Shown: piece by piece, positions 1 to 6,963 of the stretch
How positions within the stretch are numbered: the stretch's first letter is position 1
How the letters are laid out: every line of letters starts with the position of its first letter
Source: a virus
Taxonomy: Duplodnaviria; Caudoviricetes
Length of the DNA stretch: 24,164 nt
Virus record (IMG/VR): IMGVR_UViG_3300030372_002601
Location: 1-24,164 of that record
Reading direction: 5' to 3' (one strand)
The notes under the pieces: model-generated
Database searches by the model: none
What the model was told of the DNA's origin: nothing
What the model saw: the letters and a program-made list of their open reading frames with translations, nothing else
Translations under genes and position numbers: made by a program

Positions 1-54
1 GGCAGTGTCCGATTTAATAAGCTCTTGAAGGGTAAAGTTACGACTTAAATTCAT
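1..54 (-). CDS. Probable endolysin, peptidase M15-like (N-terminal 18 aa only, runs off window)
   Basis: Manual translation from ATG at 54: MNLSRNFTLQELIKSDTA. This resembles the N-terminus of phage M15A peptidases (recalled). ATGA overlap with the upstream membrane-protein gene. Catalytic motifs are outside the window. Confidence 0.65.
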   Translation of the reverse strand, partial: MNLSRNFTLQELIKSDTA

Positions 55-227
55 TGTATCATGTTTAATATTAAAGCAATAATTATACCTATGGCACCAC
101 CTACTATCATTTTTTCCATACGTGCAATACGTTCTTTAACTTCTTTTATTTGATCAAACGTTTGCTTTTGCATAATTCTGCAAAGTTTTTCGTGATCTTC
201 TATTTTTTGTAGTGCCGATTTTTTCAT
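51..227 (-). CDS. 58-aa coiled-coil protein with C-terminal transmembrane segment; putative holin/XhlA-like lysis protein
   Basis: Not in ORF track. MKKSALQKIEDHEKLCRIMQKQTFDQIKEVKERIARMEKMIVGGAIGIIIALILNMIQ. TAATG overlap at 227 and ATGA overlap at 51-54; hydrophobic C-terminus; directly upstream of the peptidase. Confidence 0.7.
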   Translation of the reverse strand: MKKSALQKIEDHEKLCRIMQKQTFDQIKEVKERIARMEKMIVGGAIGIIIALILNMIQ

Positions 228-3200
228 TAAGTTCTCCTGCTAGCAATAACTTGCTCTTCTGGTGATAGTAACGCAGTCTGTGTACGTGTCAAGTTAGTAT
301 TTGGATTCACATTTGCTTTCGCTGTTTGCACGATAGGCATAGGTGTGTTGCCTAATGGTGGTGTTTGTATTTGTAAGTTAGATTGTTGATTATTCACGTT
401 TGGTAAAAATTTTTCAAACTCAAAAGTTCCTTCTTCTTCCTCTGCATCTGGTTGTGGTATTAAACTTTTTTCTTTATATTCTCTAACAATATCTTTAAAT
501 AAATTTTTAGGATAAAAATATTCTGGCACTACTTCACCCTCCTCTCCTAATTCATCTTTTTTAGCTTCAGCTCTTTTCACTCTAAGTTTCATACGTGGTT
601 CATATCCTGTAAAAGGAATGTTTTGTCCTCTTAAAAGTTTTTTAACTTTTGCATATGGTATTCTTCTTTTTCTTAATAACTTAATTAAAACTTCCTCTGG
701 CACGCCAACAGTTAATGCATCTTGAAGTAAAAAATAAAAATTTTGATTTATTTTAAAAGCTTCGTCTTGTATATCTCTAAACTCTTGAGCCATTACAAGG
801 GGTCCTCTTTGTCTAAAATTTTCTAAGCTATAAAATTTTTCTGATTCTGTAACTTTTTTAATTGATGAATTGTAATCAGTTATTTTAAATTCCATACTTT
901 GTGGAACATTTACGTTAATAATTCTAACTCCTGAAAGTAATGCAAGAAGTTCATCTTTTAAATTTACAGGTTGGCCACCTCTTTTAATATCTTTTTGTAC
1001 ACCTTCTATTATTTTTGAACCTGTGTCTATGGCTGTAGGTCTAACACCTTTAATTATATGTGCTATACTTTTTGTTATTTTAACGTCAGGATCATCATTT
1101 TCTGAATAAACTTTAGATCCTGTTTTTGTTACACCACCTCTACCACCAGTAAAAAATCCAGCGGGTGCAACATCGTTCCATTTCTCAATAGCTATTGCTT
1201 CAGAAATAAACGGCTGTAACAGTTTTCCAAATGGTCCATCACCAGTAGGATTTACTATATTAAATAAAACTTTATCCACATCTTGTTGTTTTAATTGACC
1301 CTCTTCAATTGTTTTTAAAAGAGAATTAGCTGGTTGAGTTACAACATCATAGGGACTAAAATATGAAAAATTAATTGCTTTACCCACACCATCTACCCAT
1401 TTATTAATAGGTAATATGGCTGCTCTAGAGTTCCATGGAGCTGACAAACTTCTTTTATAAGCATCAATTTGTTCTTTGGTAGTTCCGGTTAAATTTTGAG
1501 CAAGAGTTGTTACACCTTGTTCTGCTCCACCTAAAACAACAGACGCACCAATCAATCTTCTATATCCAATCTGTCTTAATTTTGCATTTGAGGATAAAGC
1601 CTCTTTTGCACCAAGAGATAGTATATTATATGTTGTTCTAATCATCTCTGCAGGAAACGATACAAAGTTACCAAAAGGTAATTTTCTTAAATCTTGTATA
1701 ATTTGTGGCACTAAACTGTATGTTGGATAAGTGTTTCTTATTTGCCATGCAGCTGCTTCATCTATTGCATCATCAAAAGTTTTTGCTTTACCTGTAAACG
1801 TGTTAAACTTATCAAATTTTCTACCAACAATCTCATCATACCATTTAGCAATATCATCAACACTATTATAAATACCTCTCATTTGAGATTTTGCATATTC
1901 ATGTCCATACCATTTCCAAAGATTATCACCTCCAGCATATATTCTAGTAGCTGTTTTTGCCATTTTACTATTAGCTAATCTAGCTATTAAACTATCCATA
2001 TTTTTTACTTTTGCACCAGCTCTTATATCTTGTAAGACTGCTTTTAATTCTGAAGCAACAACGTTCTCGTCTAATACTCCAAGTCTTATTTTATTTTCTA
2101 TATTTTTTATAAACTGTTCTTCATTAATTACTTTACCTGCACCGAATATATCATCTAGTGTCATCCTTAATGATTCTGTTACAGAGGCTCTACCACCAAT
2201 GTGACCATTGGCTAATGGAAACATACTGGCAGATGTAACGTTTCTTACTTGCGTTACTGGAGATAAAACTGTTTTACCAAACTGTGTAGCAACTTTAAAT
2301 TGTAAAATATTTCTATAGATACCTGATTGTAATAACCCATCAAATCTACCTGGCGCACCTTTTATTGCTGCTGCCATATCAGCTGAAGCATATAATTTTT
2401 CTACATTACTTTTTAATAAACCTATGCCTTTTATCTCACCCACCTTTACAGCGTCGAATGCTTTTTTTGCATCTGCAGCTGCTTCACTTTTAAATAGCCA
2501 ACCTTCATCTAAACCAACCTTCGCTAATTTATCTAAAGTGGCTTTGTTTGTAGCGTGTGTAATTGCGTGTGATGTAGTTTGTAACACAGAAGATTTTAAA
2601 TTATTTTCTTCTCCTAGTAATTTTTTAATTGCATCTGGTAATTCTTCTCCTGTTTTTATTAACTTATCTGAACGTAAAGTTTTCTTAGAGATACGTTGCA
2701 ATATTTTAAGAGGATCCGCATTATCTTGTTTTGTATTTGTTAATATTTTATTCATTAAAGAATCTGACATTTGTTTTAAAGCTTGTTCATTAGTCATTTT
2801 ACCTGTTTTTAATGTATTGATAGCGTTTTCTCTTATATCTTTATTTTTTTTAACAACATTTTCTAATATCCATTTAGATGCTCCTTCTTTTACTTTATCA
2901 CTTGCTTGGTATTCTGGATTTGTAAATGTAGCAAAAGATTTTCTCATGTATGTTTTAATATTATTTAACATAAAATTTTTAAGATCACCTGCGGGTAAAA
3001 GATTAGCAAAAGTTTTTTTAATATTTAATAACTCTTTGTTTAAAGAAACAGCTGTTTCTTGTAATTCTACCGGTAAGTCTTGTTTTTTTATTTGACCTTT
3101 TAAAAAAGACAATACTTTATCCAAATAATAATCCTGACTTGCAGGAGATGAAGTCATGCTATTATATTGGTTTTCAAAACTTTTTGCTAAGTCATAAGAT

Positions 3201-4423
3201 TTTTTTTCAATTGATTCTAAATATTTTTCAATAGTTCTAGATCTTCCTTTAATCATAGTCTTTGCCTCTGTAGAAATTTGAAAAGTATTATCAGTCATTC
3301 TACCCACAGATCTAAAAAAAGATAATTTATTATCTAAACTTTTTAATCTTCTTTGAAGAGGGTCATCGCTTTTTATAGAGAATAATCTCCAGTCTTCAAA
3401 TTTAGGCATTTGTTTTGCACCTGTTCCTACCTTTAAAGTTCCAACAGCTTTATCAATTACATAACTACTTGAATCTTTTAAAGCTTTTGCAACGGGTGTT
3501 GGAATTGCTCTTGATGCAAGAAAAGAAGCACCAGTAAGAATAGGGCTAACACCATATTTTAAACCTAAACCTGCAGTAAAAGCTGCTGGTTTAAACAATC
3601 CATACTTTACACCAAAGGCAATAGGTTTTCCCATTAACGTAAAACCACCTCCTATTAAACTACCTTCTGCTCCATATCTTAATCTGTTTCTAAATCTAGC
3701 AAAAGCAAGTTCAGACCCTTCTAATCCTTCTGTGTTTTCTTCTCTTAAACTTTCTACTCCTGTTTTGTCTGCGACAAAATCAGTTAACAGATTACCTCTA
3801 CCGGGTTCTGCCGCTATAAAGTCTGTGGCTCCAAAAGCAGTTGCCATGTATCCTGCACGTTTAGCTATTTGTGTTCCTTTTTCAATTTTTGTTGTTGGCT
3901 TTATAATTCTCTTACCTTTATTTATTACTTTTTTTGCTCTGTTCATTATTTTGAACACAGCACCACCAGGAACACCGTATTGAATTAAAACTTTATTTAA
4001 AGAACCTAATAATGTTTCTGGTTCTTCTATTTTATTTTCTTCATAAGTTTCTGTTAATTTTTCCGTTAAATTTGTTTCTTTACCGGCAACAGCAGCACCC
4101 ATGTCAACACCTGTTGTTATGATGTCACCAATTGAATAACCTATATTTTGAACTGCACCGTATATGGATTTTTCCATGTCTTCAAAAAAATCTATATAAT
4201 CTTTTTCATTGGCTTTGGAGCCAGACATTAATTCTTTAAGTCTTTCTGTTTTTAATTTATCAAAAGGATTTGTTTCAAATAACAAATTAGCATTTTTAAG
4301 ACCTTCCCACGTAAATTTTACAGGTTTTTTTGTTTTGCTTAAAAAATTTCTAGATTTTTCTATTGTATTATTAACGTCATCAGAAGTTAGGATTCTGTTA
4401 AAATCTTTTTTAAAGGGTTCCAT
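227..4423 (-). CDS. Large internal virion / DNA ejection protein (1398 aa)
   Basis: Long, apparently helical, Lys-rich ORF with Gly/Ala hydrophobic stretches. It is the last and largest gene of the post-tail block, where podophages encode their largest ejection protein. Function inferred from size and synteny. Confidence 0.65.
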   Translation of the reverse strand: MEPFKKDFNRILTSDDVNNTIEKSRNFLSKTKKPVKFTWEGLKNANLLFETNPFDKLKTERLKELMSGSKANEKDYIDFFEDMEKSIYGAVQNIGYSIGDIITTGVDMGAAVAGKETNLTEKLTETYEENKIEEPETLLGSLNKVLIQYGVPGGAVFKIMNRAKKVINKGKRIIKPTTKIEKGTQIAKRAGYMATAFGATDFIAAEPGRGNLLTDFVADKTGVESLREENTEGLEGSELAFARFRNRLRYGAEGSLIGGGFTLMGKPIAFGVKYGLFKPAAFTAGLGLKYGVSPILTGASFLASRAIPTPVAKALKDSSSYVIDKAVGTLKVGTGAKQMPKFEDWRLFSIKSDDPLQRRLKSLDNKLSFFRSVGRMTDNTFQISTEAKTMIKGRSRTIEKYLESIEKKSYDLAKSFENQYNSMTSSPASQDYYLDKVLSFLKGQIKKQDLPVELQETAVSLNKELLNIKKTFANLLPAGDLKNFMLNNIKTYMRKSFATFTNPEYQASDKVKEGASKWILENVVKKNKDIRENAINTLKTGKMTNEQALKQMSDSLMNKILTNTKQDNADPLKILQRISKKTLRSDKLIKTGEELPDAIKKLLGEENNLKSSVLQTTSHAITHATNKATLDKLAKVGLDEGWLFKSEAAADAKKAFDAVKVGEIKGIGLLKSNVEKLYASADMAAAIKGAPGRFDGLLQSGIYRNILQFKVATQFGKTVLSPVTQVRNVTSASMFPLANGHIGGRASVTESLRMTLDDIFGAGKVINEEQFIKNIENKIRLGVLDENVVASELKAVLQDIRAGAKVKNMDSLIARLANSKMAKTATRIYAGGDNLWKWYGHEYAKSQMRGIYNSVDDIAKWYDEIVGRKFDKFNTFTGKAKTFDDAIDEAAAWQIRNTYPTYSLVPQIIQDLRKLPFGNFVSFPAEMIRTTYNILSLGAKEALSSNAKLRQIGYRRLIGASVVLGGAEQGVTTLAQNLTGTTKEQIDAYKRSLSAPWNSRAAILPINKWVDGVGKAINFSYFSPYDVVTQPANSLLKTIEEGQLKQQDVDKVLFNIVNPTGDGPFGKLLQPFISEAIAIEKWNDVAPAGFFTGGRGGVTKTGSKVYSENDDPDVKITKSIAHIIKGVRPTAIDTGSKIIEGVQKDIKRGGQPVNLKDELLALLSGVRIINVNVPQSMEFKITDYNSSIKKVTESEKFYSLENFRQRGPLVMAQEFRDIQDEAFKINQNFYFLLQDALTVGVPEEVLIKLLRKRRIPYAKVKKLLRGQNIPFTGYEPRMKLRVKRAEAKKDELGEEGEVVPEYFYPKNLFKDIVREYKEKSLIPQPDAEEEEGTFEFEKFLPNVNNQQSNLQIQTPPLGNTPMPIVQTAKANVNPNTNLTRTQTALLSPEEQVIASRRT

Positions 4424-4424
4424 A

Positions 4425-5801
4425 TTACGCCCCCTGTGGCAACGTCAAATTTACATCGTATTGTTGGTTAAACAAAGCTATATCTTCTTGTGTTTGAATG
4501 TTTGCAAAATCTAGTAAAGCTTGTTTACTATTTGCTAACAACATAACTATTTCATTATCTATATCTTTAGGTAATCTTGATCTTAACTCGTTGTATGATA
4601 ACTCTTGAACAGGCGATTCTTGTTCCATGGTCGCTGGTTCTTGAGCCATGTCAGCACCTCCACCCTGTTGATAACCAACTCTACCACCACTAGCAAAGTT
4701 ATAATATTGTTTACGTATATAATCTTGAGCAATTGTATCTGCTTCTTGTGAGTATAAATCAATTTCTTTAACACCTTCTTTAAATCTTTTTTCGTAATCT
4801 CTAGGTTTTTCTCCTTGTTTTTTTGGATTAGCTGCGATCCATTCTTCTTTTCTTTTTCTATTTTCATCAGCTACAGCTGATCTTTTAGCTGCATCATATC
4901 TTTCAGGGCTTTGTAATATCGCAGCATACTCTGCAGGCAATCCTAATTGTTTTTCTAAAAATAATTCATTTTCTGATATAATTTGTTTTAACTCTCTTGT
5001 CTCAGTTTCTGATAAAGGCACTTGTTTACCATCAACTTCTTTTACTCCAGCATTTAATGTATTTCTTGCATCAAAAATAGATCTTGAAGCACCTGTGATT
5101 AAATTTTGTGTGACTTCTATGTTTAATTTATCACTACCACCAGCTGCTTCAGCTTGTACATCATACTCACCTTTTACTTTTTCAATAGCTAATTTTTGAT
5201 CATAGATAAATTCTTGAAGTGCTCTTTCATCTTTTACAGCCTGTTCAGATTGTTTTATTTCAAATTCTTGTGCACTTTTTGTATCACTTAATTTTTCTCC
5301 TCTTGACATAGCGGCTTCTAAAGCAGCCAATTTAAGTGCTCTATCTTCTGCAGATTCTTTACCTCTTGCAGTTGTAAATGCATCAAAAGGATCTTTTGCA
5401 GCTCCTGCGGCTGTTGCAAATATATTACCTCTTGGTGTTGCAGATAATAAATTTAATCCTGTGCTTGTTAAAAAACCTGAAAGACTACCTGGTCCAAAAG
5501 GTGTAGCTGCTCTTGGTGCAAATTTATTGAACATATCTATTCTTCTTTGTGCGTCTGCCTCTTCGTTAAAAGCGGGTGCTTCTGCTGTTGATCTATTTGC
5601 TGCAATCATATCAGATGCAAATGTTGCTCTTGGTGGAAATATACCTTCATATCCTTCTGTAGAACCTTGACCCATTCCATATTTACTTGTTCCTAATCTA
5701 AAGCCAGGTCTAAATTCTTGTGTGTTATCAAGTCCTGATGTAATACCGGTCCCTGATGAACCACCCATTCTAAACATCGGTCTTTTTAATACTCTGTTCA
5801 T
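4425..5801 (-). CDS. Putative internal virion/ejection protein (458 aa; start corrected to MNRVLKRPMF)
   Basis: The track start at 5882 overlaps the upstream gene by 80 nt; ATG at 5801 sits 1 nt after the upstream TAA (TAATATG). Gly/Ala-rich N-half, coiled-coil middle, FASGGRVGYQQGG motif near the C-terminus. Confidence 0.6.
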   Translation of the reverse strand: MNRVLKRPMFRMGGSSGTGITSGLDNTQEFRPGFRLGTSKYGMGQGSTEGYEGIFPPRATFASDMIAANRSTAEAPAFNEEADAQRRIDMFNKFAPRAATPFGPGSLSGFLTSTGLNLLSATPRGNIFATAAGAAKDPFDAFTTARGKESAEDRALKLAALEAAMSRGEKLSDTKSAQEFEIKQSEQAVKDERALQEFIYDQKLAIEKVKGEYDVQAEAAGGSDKLNIEVTQNLITGASRSIFDARNTLNAGVKEVDGKQVPLSETETRELKQIISENELFLEKQLGLPAEYAAILQSPERYDAAKRSAVADENRKRKEEWIAANPKKQGEKPRDYEKRFKEGVKEIDLYSQEADTIAQDYIRKQYYNFASGGRVGYQQGGGADMAQEPATMEQESPVQELSYNELRSRLPKDIDNEIVMLLANSKQALLDFANIQTQEDIALFNQQYDVNLTLPQGA

Positions 5802-5802
5802 A

Positions 5803-6963
5803 TTATTTAAATGGTATTTGTTGAAATTGTTGCACTGGAGGTTTAAATCCTGTGTATATTCCTGCAAGTGTTGTACCAACACCTAACGCTGTTTGTAACG
5901 GTGTAGGGTTAGGTACGTTTGAAGTTACTGTTTGTCCAGGATAACCACCCATGATACCTGCAACTTGACCTGCATATCTATCCAACTGTTCTTGTGGTTG
6001 GAACGCTGCTTGTCTTACTGCTTCTCTTTGTGCATCAAGTTGTGCTTGTTGTTGCGCTTGATTCAATGCGCCCAATGAACCTAAACGTGAAATATTAGCT
6101 CCTAAAATTCCTTCTTGCGCTTGTCCAAGAGCAGCTTGTTGTCCTGCTAGTCCCGATCTGAATTGTCCTAAACCTTGTGTTGCTCCAGCAAGTGCTCCTC
6201 TTTGTCCAGCAAGTCCTGCTTGTGCTTGACCTAAACCAAATCTATTGGCAATGTCTTGTTGTCTTGCACCTTGCGCTTGCTGAAAACCTTGCTGCAAAAG
6301 ATTAGCTTGTAGTAAAGCTCTTTCTCTCGCTGCCCCTGTGCCAAACTCAGCGAGTTGCACTCCCGCTCGACCACTGCCGAGCGCACCCAAAGCGGCTTGT
6401 TGATCTCGTATACTTTGTTCTTGTATTGCTTTGTTACGATCAAATTCTGCTAATGATGCATCAATCACTTGTGATTGATATGGTGACATAAATTGAGATA
6501 CGTCTTGTTGAAAAGCAGTTGCACCTAGTGGCACTCCACCTATCGTTGTTCCAGCCTGAGTTAGTTCTTGTCCAGCAGTTCCTAATCCACCTAAAGCTGC
6601 AGTTCCTAATCCACTAGCAAGTTGTGCTTCTTGTTGTGCCGAAGTTAAAAATGGTTGAAATGATGCAAGACCAGTTTGTCCTGCTGCACCTGTTGCTAAA
6701 GTTTGTGCTTGTTGTTGTAATGCGTCTTGACCAGCTACTTGCGGTGCAAGTCCTGCTAAATTTTGTTGTCTTGTTGTAAAAGCTCTTGCAGCATCTTGTC
6801 TTGCTTTGAAACCTGCAGCTGTTTCACCTGGTTGTTGTGTTAAACTTCCAATACCTTGTGTAACTATTGGTACACCTGTTTGAGCTACTACCTGTTGGGC
6901 TAAATCTTCTCCTAATTTTTCTACAAAAGGTGCGGGTCTTGTTATCTGGGTTTCTGTTGCCAT
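5803..6963 (-). CDS. Gln/Ala/Gly-rich putative DNA pilot/ejection protein (386 aa)
   Basis: Low-complexity Q/A/G/L helical composition and a hydrophobic C-terminal segment (LQTALGVGTTLAGIY), typical of podophage DNA-transfer proteins. TAATG-coupled at 6963. Confidence 0.6.
   Translation of the reverse strand: MATETQITRPAPFVEKLGEDLAQQVVAQTGVPIVTQGIGSLTQQPGETAAGFKARQDAARAFTTRQQNLAGLAPQVAGQDALQQQAQTLATGAAGQTGLASFQPFLTSAQQEAQLASGLGTAALGGLGTAGQELTQAGTTIGGVPLGATAFQQDVSQFMSPYQSQVIDASLAEFDRNKAIQEQSIRDQQAALGALGSGRAGVQLAEFGTGAARERALLQANLLQQGFQQAQGARQQDIANRFGLGQAQAGLAGQRGALAGATQGLGQFRSGLAGQQAALGQAQEGILGANISRLGSLGALNQAQQQAQLDAQREAVRQAAFQPQEQLDRYAGQVAGIMGGYPGQTVTSNVPNPTPLQTALGVGTTLAGIYTGFKPPVQQFQQIPFK

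Noticed and set aside
1742-4514. Plus-strand ORFs 1742-1978, 2424-3095, 3732-3983, 4209-4514
   Set aside because: Antisense shadows of long minus-strand genes; F/L/S/I-rich, no motifs, no SD.
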